Shown one piece after another: positions 1 through 6,987 of a stretch of DNA of 22,082 bases (within the stretch, counting starts at the first letter, position 1; every line of letters starts with the position of its first letter). This DNA comes from Armatimonadota bacterium (lineage in GTDB: Bacteria > Armatimonadota > SYMT01). The stretch spans positions 2,142 to 24,223 of the forward strand of contig JBKBRF010000014.1 of NCBI GenBank assembly GCA_046292385.1. The letters are read 5' to 3'. The translations under genes were made by a program, and so were the position numbers. The notes below the pieces were generated by a model. That model made no database searches. It saw nothing but the letters and a program-made list of their open reading frames with translations, and was not told where the DNA came from.

Positions 1-28
1 CCTGTGAGGACCTTCAGGTCCTCACAGG
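1..28. repeat. Perfect 12-bp inverted repeat (tRNA terminator or REP-like palindrome)
   Basis: CCTGTGAGGACC-TTCA-GGTCCTCACAGG, 18 nt past the 3' end of the minus-strand tRNA; any U-tract would lie outside the window. Confidence 0.6.
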
Positions 29-46
29 GCCAGTTTCGTGCCTAAA

Positions 47-120
47 TCGGGGCGACAGGATTCGAACCTGCGACCTCCTGCACCCCATACAGGTGCGCTA
101 CCAAGCTGCGCTACGCCCCG
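47..120 (-). tRNA. tRNA-Pro (anticodon GGG), CCA not encoded
   Basis: Reverse complement CGGGGCGTAGCGCAGCTTGGTAGCGCACCTGTATGGGGTGCAGGAGGTCGCAGGTTCGAATCCTGTCGCCCCGA; acceptor stem CGGGGCG/CGCCCCG, anticodon loop AT-GGG-GT, T-loop GTTCGAATC; followed by TTT rather than CCA. Confidence 0.97.
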
Positions 121-201
121 ATGCGTGGCTTACCGGCGCCGCGCGTCCGGCCTGCGCGGGGCAGGGGAGCGACGGTGGGGAACGCCGGTTTCGGCGGCGC
201 T

Positions 202-210
202 AGTATAGCA
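202..210 (-). promoter_or_regulatory. Extended -10 promoter for tRNA-Pro
   Basis: Minus strand TG-C-TATACT about 80 nt upstream of the tRNA 5' end; no good -35 at 17 bp. Confidence 0.55.
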
Positions 211-255
211 CTTCCGCCGGTGAGGTGGGAAGAGGGCAATCACGAGCGGCGGACG

Positions 256-786
256 CTACGCCTCGGCTGCGCTGTCCAGCAGTCGCAGGATCAGCTCGGC
301 CTCCGTGGGGTCGCTGCGAAGCTCTACCCAATCCCGCGGCGTGGTGCCATCGCGGGCCCGTGCTTCCGGATCGGCTCCTGCGAGGAGAAGGGCCTGGAGG
401 CTCTCGAATGGATCGAGTGCCCGCACGGCGATGTGGAGTGCCGTGCAGCCGTCCTGATCGGCGGCATTCACCTTCGCACCACGGGCCAGCAGGAGCTTCA
501 CGACGGGGCCGCGCCCGCGACCGGCAGCCCGCATCAGGGCGGTGTCCCCGCGCTGGTCGGCGGCATTGACGTCGGCCCCGCGGCTCAAGAGTAACTCCAG
601 GAGCGGCAGGCTCCCACCGAGCGCGGCCCACATCAGCGGGGTCATACCGCCCTCGTCCCGGTCGTCGACCTCCGCGCCGCTCTCCAGAAGCAGAGTCACC
701 AGCGCTAGGTCGCGGGCCCGGACCGCCTCCTGAAGTGCGCCGGAAAGTCCCGTCGGCCCGCAGCCGCGGTCATCGCTGCCCGGCAT
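256..786 (-). CDS. Ankyrin repeat protein
   Basis: Repeated G-x-T-[PA]-L-x-x-A...L-L-x-x-G-A-[DEK]-V-[ND] units (GMTPLMWAA, GDTALMRAA, GCTALHIAV). Confidence 0.92.
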   Translation of the reverse strand: MPGSDDRGCGPTGLSGALQEAVRARDLALVTLLLESGAEVDDRDEGGMTPLMWAALGGSLPLLELLLSRGADVNAADQRGDTALMRAAGRGRGPVVKLLLARGAKVNAADQDGCTALHIAVRALDPFESLQALLLAGADPEARARDGTTPRDWVELRSDPTEAELILRLLDSAAEA

Positions 787-1072
787 CTGCGTCCTCGGAC
801 CTCGCGCCGCTCTGTGCCGTAGCGCCCTCGTCGTGCTCCCACAGCCTCGCCTGCAGCAGAATGCCCAGGAGGACGCCGACCAGCGCGACCATCGTCAAGC
901 GACCGATATAGAACGTGCTTATCGAGAGCAGTCCTACCCCGATTCCGCAAACGGTGAGGCGCAGCGCCTGCCGCCCGGTCAGCGGTTTCGGCTGGCGCTG
1001 GGTGTAGGCGTAGAACCAGCCCAACGCGATCCCGCCGCCGAGACTGGCGAATGTCAACGGTAGATCGCCCAT
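770..1072 (-). CDS. Small hypothetical membrane protein (about 3 TM segments)
   Basis: Three hydrophobic stretches; ATG at 1072 directly after the upstream stop; overlaps the ankyrin start by 17 nt. Confidence 0.65.
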   Translation of the reverse strand: MGDLPLTFASLGGGIALGWFYAYTQRQPKPLTGRQALRLTVCGIGVGLLSISTFYIGRLTMVALVGVLLGILLQARLWEHDEGATAQSGARSEDADAGQR

Positions 1073-1074
1073 CC

Positions 1075-1497
1075 TCAATCGCTCCCGCTCGACTCGGGTT
1101 CGAGCGGCTCCCAGTGCAGCCGCCGTAGGAACTCCGCGAGCCCAGCGGTGTCGATCGGCTTGGTCAGGAAGCAGTCCGAGTGGAGCGAGAAGGCCCGGAA
1201 TACCTCCGCCTCGCTGGGCGCCGGATGCGTAACGAACACGACCAGATCGCGTGTCGTGGGGTTTTCCCGGATGCGCCGGAAGATCTCGAAGCCGTCGACG
1301 TCAGTAAGCGCCAGGTCGAGCACGACGACGCCCGGGCGCAGTGCCTCGATCTTCTCCAGCGCCTCGCTGCCGCTGCTGGCGGTGTGGACCGACGCGGCAA
1401 ACCCGCTCGCGGCACTCTTCAGCGTCTCCAGCACACCCGGATCGGCATCGACGAGGAGAATGCTCCGGCGGACGTAGCTCACCGGGGGCAGGGTCAT
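1075..1497 (-). CDS. Single-domain response regulator (receiver only)
   Basis: ILLVDAD, VVVLDL (phospho-Asp), VDG, FVT, FLTKP receiver motifs; ATG 1497 overlaps the upstream TGA (TGATG). Confidence 0.88.
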   Translation of the reverse strand: MTLPPVSYVRRSILLVDADPGVLETLKSAASGFAASVHTASSGSEALEKIEALRPGVVVLDLALTDVDGFEIFRRIRENPTTRDLVVFVTHPAPSEAEVFRAFSLHSDCFLTKPIDTAGLAEFLRRLHWEPLEPESSGSD

Positions 1498-1769
1498 CAG
1501 AGCTCCCGATCCGCCCGGTGGTGCCGGTTGTGTCCGCACTCCAGCTCACGGTCTCCCTGATACACCTCCACGTCCTCGCAGTCGCCGTTGGCATACAGGG
1601 AAATGTCCCTCGTCCCCCAGTAGGCGTGGAAGTGGAAGTCATCCCCGGGTGAAACGGCCTGGAAGGAGAACTCCTCGTCCGGGAGGAGGGTGAAGTCGCG
1701 GCCCCAGGGCTCGACCCCCACGGTCACGGGGATCGTCTGGCTGTTCGTGATCACGATTCGGCTGCTCAT
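1497..1769 (-). CDS. Hypothetical protein, 90 aa, beta-rich, EPWG motif
   Basis: ATG-initiated ORF with protein-like composition (not Arg/Pro/Ala shadow type); coupled to the response regulator. Confidence 0.7.
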   Translation of the reverse strand: MSSRIVITNSQTIPVTVGVEPWGRDFTLLPDEEFSFQAVSPGDDFHFHAYWGTRDISLYANGDCEDVEVYQGDRELECGHNRHHRADREL

Positions 1770-1886
1770 GGTAGCGATGGGGTGAGGAGTCAGAAGTGCA
1801 GGCGCTTGAGGGAGCCGCAGAGGATCCTACCGGTTGCCGCCCAATGCTGCAGAAGCGACAGCCGTTATCGTTTGAGGTCCACTTCT

Positions 1887-2432
1887 ATGGAAATCAACCG
1901 CCCCGCAGTCCAGCTCTTCGAACAGTTCGTCGAGCACCCCGACGAGTTGTTGGCGCAACTGGTGGCGGAGACGGAGTGGGACGAGCGGATGCGCGCGCGG
2001 CTCACGGCGAGTTTCGGCGTGCCGTACAACTACTCCGGCATGAGCTATCCGCCGGTCCCGATGCCGCCGGCGCTGACCGCGCTCTGCCACTGCATTGAAG
2101 CCCGGGTCGGCTATCGGCCGAACAACTGCCTGGTGAACTACTACCGCACCGGCGACTCGACGATGGGCTTCCACTCGGACTCAATCGCGGAGCTGGAGCC
2201 GGGGACCGGCGTGGCGGTAGTCTCGCTCGGGGCGGAGCGGGTGCTGCGGTTTCGGCAGATAGCGGACAAGTCGGTGCAGTGCGACTACTCCCCGCCGCCC
2301 GGCTCGCTCCTCTACATGCCGCCGGAGGTCCAGCTTGCCTGGAAGCACGGGGTGCCGGAGCAGCCCGGCTCCGGACCGCGGATTAGCCTGACGTTCCGGC
2401 AGCTTGCCGGGCACGAGGAGCCGGAAGGGTGA
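1887..2432 (+). CDS. AlkB-family 2-oxoglutarate/Fe(II) dioxygenase (ALKBH2/3-like)
   Basis: NNCLVNYY, MGFHSD (HxD), VVSLG, WKHGV, RISLTFR; ATG 1887 after GAGGT. Confidence 0.92.
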   Translation: MEINRPAVQLFEQFVEHPDELLAQLVAETEWDERMRARLTASFGVPYNYSGMSYPPVPMPPALTALCHCIEARVGYRPNNCLVNYYRTGDSTMGFHSDSIAELEPGTGVAVVSLGAERVLRFRQIADKSVQCDYSPPPGSLLYMPPEVQLAWKHGVPEQPGSGPRISLTFRQLAGHEEPEG

Positions 2433-2441
2433 CGCGGGCGG

Positions 2442-2684
2442 CTACTTCAGCCGGTGGGTGTTGAACAGGTAAAGCCAGAGGGTGAGGAAGCCGGGACCGA
2501 GGGAGAGGTAGGCGAGGGCTAACAGCGTGGCCCAGAAGTACCAGCGCCGCCGCCGCTTCCGGTGGAGCGCCCACTCGACCGACTCGGTGCTGGTGTAGTC
2601 CCGCGTGCAGAGCCACAGGACCAGCGCCGCTCCGATCAGGATGTCGCACGCGATGAAGAGTACTGCTACCTGCCACTTGGCCAT
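2442..2684 (-). CDS. Small hypothetical membrane protein
   Basis: Hydrophobic segments flanking a basic HRKRRRRW stretch; GAGG upstream of ATG. Confidence 0.6.
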   Translation of the reverse strand: MAKWQVAVLFIACDILIGAALVLWLCTRDYTSTESVEWALHRKRRRRWYFWATLLALAYLSLGPGFLTLWLYLFNTHRLK

Positions 2685-2751
2685 GGCCGGCGACCTCTGC
2701 TCCGTTCGAATCAGGCTCCACTCGTACCTTACCCTATCCGATGCCTGAATC

Positions 2752-4251
2752 TTAACCGCTGAGCGCCGCCAGCACCTCCTGCAGGTAGCGGCGCAGGTGG
2801 AAGCGGCCCATCCGGTCCCGGTCCGGGGCGAAGGTTAGGGCGGGCCGCTCGCCGGCGCCTCCGCGCTCCAGCACCACCGCGGCGAGCGCCGGGCCGGCCG
2901 GATCGGCGTGGATGGGCTGCGGCAGGCGCGCCGCCAGCCGCAGCCGCGCGCTCTGCAGCCAGCCGCTCCGCGCCTCCGCGTGGGCGGACTCCTCCAGCCA
3001 GGCGGAGGGGACGACCGCCGCCAGGAGGCCGTCCCGCGCGACTCGTTCCAGAAGCTGGGAGGGGCGCGTCGCCGGTTGGGGGCCGGAGAGCGCGAGGTCC
3101 GCCAGCAGGCAGTCCGGGGCGGCGCCGGCGGCCACGGGACGGGACGGCTCCAGCAGCTTCGCGAGCGGGCCGGTCGCCGGGTAGATTGCGAAGACCGGAG
3201 CGCGGTGGGAGCGCGGGGAGAGCCGTTCGGCGGCGCGGCTGAGGAACCGGCCCAGCTCGCGGGTCCAGCCGTCGCGCAGGCGCTGGTCCGATTCCACGCC
3301 CGCGTCGGAGGGCAGCAGCCGCTGCACCTGGCCGACCAGGTCGTCGGCGCCGCGCCAGCGGACCCGCGAGACTGCGGGGTTCTGCTCCCAGAGCGAGCTG
3401 GTGCCGGGCGGGGTCTCCTCGCCCCGGTCGAGCGCGAGCACCGGGATGCCCCTTCCGGCCGCCTGCAGGCACTCGGTGGCCATCGTGCCGCCGGGACGGA
3501 GGTCGACCGCCACCACCACGCTGGCCAGGTCGAAGATGAGGGCGTCGCGTCGCGGCCCGCTGCGGGGGTTCCACGGCTGCCGCCACGCGAAGGGGGAGAG
3601 CAGGAGCTGCAGCTCCGGGTCGAGCGCTTCGTCCCAGACGCGGGCGGTGGCAACGGGCTCCCGCTCCACGCCGGCCGGGCACGCCTCGCGGATGCCGCGG
3701 TCGAGCACCATCACCGTCGGCGCGGCGTGCCGCTTGGCGGCGGTGGCGGAGGCCTGGTAGGACTCCCGGTTGATCGAGGTGAGCAGCGGCACGTCCCGCC
3801 GCGCCAGCGCGTCGGCGATCGCATCGGTCGCGGCGAGCGCGGAGTGGGAGACGCCGCGGGAGCTCACCACTGCGACCCGCGGCTCTTCGAGCAGCCCCAG
3901 CGCCCCGTAGGCGAAAAGGAACGGCCACCGCCGCCGCCCTGGCTCCCGGGAGTCGAGCTCCGCGGGGAGCTCCGGCTCGCCGGCGCGCAGCAGGTCGGCG
4001 CCCCAGGACCGCAGCTCCTGCAGGTCGATCTCCGCGCGGCGCCACCGCTCGGCCGCTCCGTGGGCCAGGGCTTCGGCGCTCCGCGGCTGGAGCGGCAGCA
4101 GCGCGCGAAGATCCTCCACCGGCGCGGTCCAGAGCTCGGCCAGCGATTGCCGGCTCTCCCGCGCGTGATCGAAAAGCGCCTGCAGCGTCCGCTCCCCGAC
4201 GTGGGGCAGGGCGGACCACGCGAGCACGGCCTGGATTTCGGTGGGGAGCAT
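2752..4251 (-). CDS. Divergent DprA/Smf (SLOG) family protein with C-terminal N6-adenine-methyltransferase-like extension, 499 aa
   Basis: LPHVGERT N-terminus, PFLFAYG, VAVVSSR, MVLDRG, LLLSPF, RRDALIFDLASVVVAV, AAGRGIPVLA match the DprA motif order; real start is ATG 4251 (the 997-aa ORF extension is antisense to SpoIID). Confidence 0.8.
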   Translation of the reverse strand: MLPTEIQAVLAWSALPHVGERTLQALFDHARESRQSLAELWTAPVEDLRALLPLQPRSAEALAHGAAERWRRAEIDLQELRSWGADLLRAGEPELPAELDSREPGRRRWPFLFAYGALGLLEEPRVAVVSSRGVSHSALAATDAIADALARRDVPLLTSINRESYQASATAAKRHAAPTVMVLDRGIREACPAGVEREPVATARVWDEALDPELQLLLSPFAWRQPWNPRSGPRRDALIFDLASVVVAVDLRPGGTMATECLQAAGRGIPVLALDRGEETPPGTSSLWEQNPAVSRVRWRGADDLVGQVQRLLPSDAGVESDQRLRDGWTRELGRFLSRAAERLSPRSHRAPVFAIYPATGPLAKLLEPSRPVAAGAAPDCLLADLALSGPQPATRPSQLLERVARDGLLAAVVPSAWLEESAHAEARSGWLQSARLRLAARLPQPIHADPAGPALAAVVLERGGAGERPALTFAPDRDRMGRFHLRRYLQEVLAALSG

Positions 4252-4345
4252 GCGGGGAGGGCCTCGCAGGGCTCTTCCACCGGAGCGTAGGGAATCCCTC
4301 TCTACGCCGCGAGGGATCCTGCTCTCGCTCCTACTCCTGCTCCTA

Positions 4346-4520
4346 CTCGCTGGCGACTCTCGCAGCTCCGGCACGTCCCCGCCAACCCGATCCAGGTGAG
4401 GAGTCCGTGCCACTCCCCAGCTCGACAGTTCACCCGAAAGGGGGTCACGAAGTGGCAATTTGCTGGAGGTTCGCGAGCGGAGGGCCGACAACAAGCTTGG
4501 CGGATCACCGCCTGGTCGAG
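4346..4520 (-). ncRNA. Candidate structured RNA, long irregular hairpin (6S RNA-like); strand uncertain
   Basis: Nested complementary blocks on + coordinates: CTCG/CGAG, GGCG/CGCC, CGC/GCG, AGCT/AGCT, CGGC/GCCG, CCGC/GCGG, AACC/GGTT, TCCAG/CTGGA, TGCCACT/AGTGGCA, apical CCC-GAAA-GGG; 175 nt; entirely intergenic. Confidence 0.4.
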
Positions 4521-4542
4521 CGCTGCCCTTTGGAGCAACCCC

Positions 4543-5883
4543 ATGCAGTTCCGCGCCCAGCCACCCAGCTTTCGCCCCACCCGAGCCGCCGTCTGCGGCC
4601 TCCTCGTCACCGCCAGTCTCCTCGCGGCGGTGGGCGCCGGCGCCTCGCCGGACGAGGAGGAGGGGGCGATCCCGGCCGCCGCCGCGCTGCCCCCCGTGCG
4701 CGTGCGACTTGCCTCCCTCGACAGCCCCAGCCGGGTTACCGTCAAGCCGGCCGGCACGGTGCTGGTGCAGGACCCCGCCTCCGGTGAAGCGATTCCCGCG
4801 GAGGGGGCGGCGCTCCAGCTCTCCGCCAGCGGCAATCAGGTCAGCTTCGCCGGCCGCACCTTCGCGTCGCTGCGGATCGAGGCGAGCTCCCTCGCGGTCG
4901 ATCCGGGGAAAGGCGCGCGGCCCTACCCGGGGGCACTGCTGCTGACGGCGAAGGGCGGCAAGCTCTCGCTGGTCAACGAGTGCGAGCTGGAGAGCTACGT
5001 GGCGGGCGTCCTCGCCGGGGAGTGCCCCGCGCTGTTTCACCCGGACGCGATCCGCGCGATGGCGGTGACGGTCCGCAGCTACAGCTACCGCAAGGCCTAC
5101 CTCGGGACCGGCGAGCTGTGCGACACGACCCACTGCCAGGTCTACCGCGGCGCCGCCGGGGTGAAGGAGACCCACCTGCAGGCGGTGGAGGCGACCCGCG
5201 GCCTCTGCGCCGTCTACGACGGGGAGGTGATCGACGCCGTCTACAGCTCGGACTGCGGCGGCGTCACCGAAGCGAACGAGGACGCCTGGAAGGGCGCTCG
5301 GCCGCTGCCGTACCTCCGGCCGGTGGTCGACGCCCCGGAGCCGAGCGCGTCCGCGTTCTGCGCCTCGAACCGCGCGCATGAGTGGAAGCTCTCGCTCACC
5401 CGGGAGAAGCTCCAGAACCTCCTGGGCGGCGGCGCCGCGCGGGTGCGGGTAGAGCCGGTCGACTTCACGCAGAGCGGCCGCGTCCGCAAGCTCCAGCTCA
5501 GCCCCGCCCCCGCGGACGAAGGCGCCGGCTGCGGCTCCCCCGGTGCCGGGAAGGTCTACACCGGCGACCAGTGGCGCCGCATGCTCGGCCTCTCCGGCGT
5601 CAAGAGCCTGCTCTTCGAGATCCGGGAATCGCCCGCCGGGGTCGAGCTGGCCGGCCGCGGCTACGGCCACGGCGTGGGCCTCTGCCAGTTCGGCGCGAAC
5701 GGAATGGGGAAGCACGGGATCGCCTTCACGGAGATCGTGAAGCACTACTACACCGGCGTCGAAGTGGTCCCCGCGCCGGACGTAGCGGAAGTGAAGGCGC
5801 TCATCGCCCGCAAGCGCGAGGCGGCCCGGCGGATGTCATCTACCCGCGGCGGCAACGCTGCCCCGAAAGAACCGGTCCCCTGA
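4543..5883 (+). CDS. SpoIID/LytB domain lytic transglycosylase, exported
   Basis: N-terminal signal/TM; LESYVAGVLAGE (catalytic Glu), LCDTTHCQVY, YSSDCGG, GYGHGVGLCQFGA, IVKHYY; GGAG before ATG 4543. Confidence 0.93.
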   Translation: MQFRAQPPSFRPTRAAVCGLLVTASLLAAVGAGASPDEEEGAIPAAAALPPVRVRLASLDSPSRVTVKPAGTVLVQDPASGEAIPAEGAALQLSASGNQVSFAGRTFASLRIEASSLAVDPGKGARPYPGALLLTAKGGKLSLVNECELESYVAGVLAGECPALFHPDAIRAMAVTVRSYSYRKAYLGTGELCDTTHCQVYRGAAGVKETHLQAVEATRGLCAVYDGEVIDAVYSSDCGGVTEANEDAWKGARPLPYLRPVVDAPEPSASAFCASNRAHEWKLSLTREKLQNLLGGGAARVRVEPVDFTQSGRVRKLQLSPAPADEGAGCGSPGAGKVYTGDQWRRMLGLSGVKSLLFEIRESPAGVELAGRGYGHGVGLCQFGANGMGKHGIAFTEIVKHYYTGVEVVPAPDVAEVKALIARKREAARRMSSTRGGNAAPKEPVP

Positions 5884-5917
5884 CCGATACCACGGTCCGC
5901 CTGCGCCTCCAGTCTCC

Positions 5918-6673
5918 TTACGCGCCCATCTGCGTGATGCGTCCGCCGGTGACGGGGAGGTAGGCGCCGGTTACGTAGGCGGCGAGGTCGCTCAGGAAGA
6001 AGACGCAGGCGTTGCCGATCTCTTCACCGCTGCCGTGACGGCGCAGCGGCAGGGTCTGCGCGAAGCGGAGGGAGGCCTCCTGCGAGGGGTCGACCTTCTC
6101 GTCGGCCATCCACCCGGGCGCCACCATGTTCACGGTGATGCCGTCCGGCCCCAGCTCGCAGGCGAGGGAGCGGGAGAGGCCGACCATCGCGCCCTTACCG
6201 GCCAGGTAGACCGACCACTCCGCGGGCGCCATGTTCCAGAGCTCGGTGACGATGTTCACCACGCGCCCGCCGCCCTGGTCCCGCATCACAGGGCGCGCGG
6301 CGGAGAGGGTGTTCACCACCGCCTGGCAGCCGTAGTCGAAGGCCGTGGCGTAGTCGGCTGCGGTCGCCTCCGCGAACGAGCCGTGCTGCTTGCCGGCGAT
6401 CGCGTTGTTGATCAGCCCATCCAGTCGCCCGAAGCGGTCGACGATCGCCTGCACCATCAGGCGGACGGCCTCGCCGTCGCGCACGTCCGCCCCGAAGGCG
6501 GCGGCCCGTCCGCCGCTCGCCTGGATCTCGTCCACCAGCTGCCGGGCGCGGTCCTCGCTCTGCCCGTAGTTGATCGCCACGGTGGCGCCCTGCCGCGCCA
6601 GCACCCGGGAGATGTCCCGGCCGATCCCGCGAGCGCCGCCCGTCACCAGGGCGACCCGTCCGTCCAGCAGCAT
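5918..6673 (-). CDS. Short-chain dehydrogenase/reductase (FabG-like)
   Basis: TGGARGIG, LINNA, YLAGK (YxxxK), VNMVAPG, YVTG; GGAGGAG RBS. Confidence 0.93.
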   Translation of the reverse strand: MLLDGRVALVTGGARGIGRDISRVLARQGATVAINYGQSEDRARQLVDEIQASGGRAAAFGADVRDGEAVRLMVQAIVDRFGRLDGLINNAIAGKQHGSFAEATAADYATAFDYGCQAVVNTLSAARPVMRDQGGGRVVNIVTELWNMAPAEWSVYLAGKGAMVGLSRSLACELGPDGITVNMVAPGWMADEKVDPSQEASLRFAQTLPLRRHGSGEEIGNACVFFLSDLAAYVTGAYLPVTGGRITQMGA

Positions 6674-6728
6674 GCGCTCTCCTCCGGCGCCGCTTCACCG
6701 CCGCGGGGCCGGAGGAGCAAGGTGCCCG

Positions 6729-6914
6729 TCAATCGCTCTTCTTCTTGCGCTTCGACTTGCCGTTGTCGGTCTTGCGCTCCTCGCTCTTGTGGGCGGCTGG
6801 GCCGTGTCCCTGGCTGGACACTTCGCCGCCCTTCTTTCCGGACTCCGGCTGTAGTCCGTGGGACTCGGTCACCTTCTTGTAGTGCTCGCCCCGGTTCGAC
6901 GTCTTCTTGCCCAT
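6729..6914 (-). CDS. Small basic hydrophilic protein with KGG-type stress motif, 61 aa
   Basis: Strong RBS GGGAGGAG before ATG 6914; ESGKKGGEVS resembles the KGG repeat of YciG/GsiB-like proteins. Confidence 0.65.
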   Translation of the reverse strand: MGKKTSNRGEHYKKVTESHGLQPESGKKGGEVSSQGHGPAAHKSEERKTDNGKSKRKKKSD

Positions 6915-6954
6915 CGTGCTCCTCCCGGCCGCGTACCGCGGCCACTGCGCCACG

Positions 6955-6980
6955 TTTCCCGGGTGCGGAAGGAGTGAAAC
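6955..6980 (-). promoter_or_regulatory. SigB-type promoter
   Basis: GTTTCA-N14-GGGAAA on the minus strand, 40 nt upstream of the KGG gene start. Confidence 0.6.
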
Positions 6981-6987
6981 GCCGTCG

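Noticed and set aside
47..2700. tRNA-anchored genomic island or integron cassette array
   Set aside because: tRNA 3' end points out of the window; no integrase, no duplicated tRNA end and no recurring attC-like sites seen
4396..4500. RNase P, SRP or c-di-GMP/c-di-AMP riboswitch identity for the intergenic fold
   Set aside because: GAGGAGTCC and CCCGAAAGGG only superficially resemble those motifs; other required conserved elements are absent and the space is too short for RNase P
4252..5745. N-terminal half of the 997-aa minus ORF, suggesting a giant DprA fusion
   Set aside because: Antisense shadow of the SpoIID gene plus intergenic DNA; DprA similarity begins only at ATG 4251
4543..5883. 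SpoIID as evidence of sporulation
   Set aside because: SpoIID/LytB domains are widespread in non-sporulating bacteria; no other sporulation genes here
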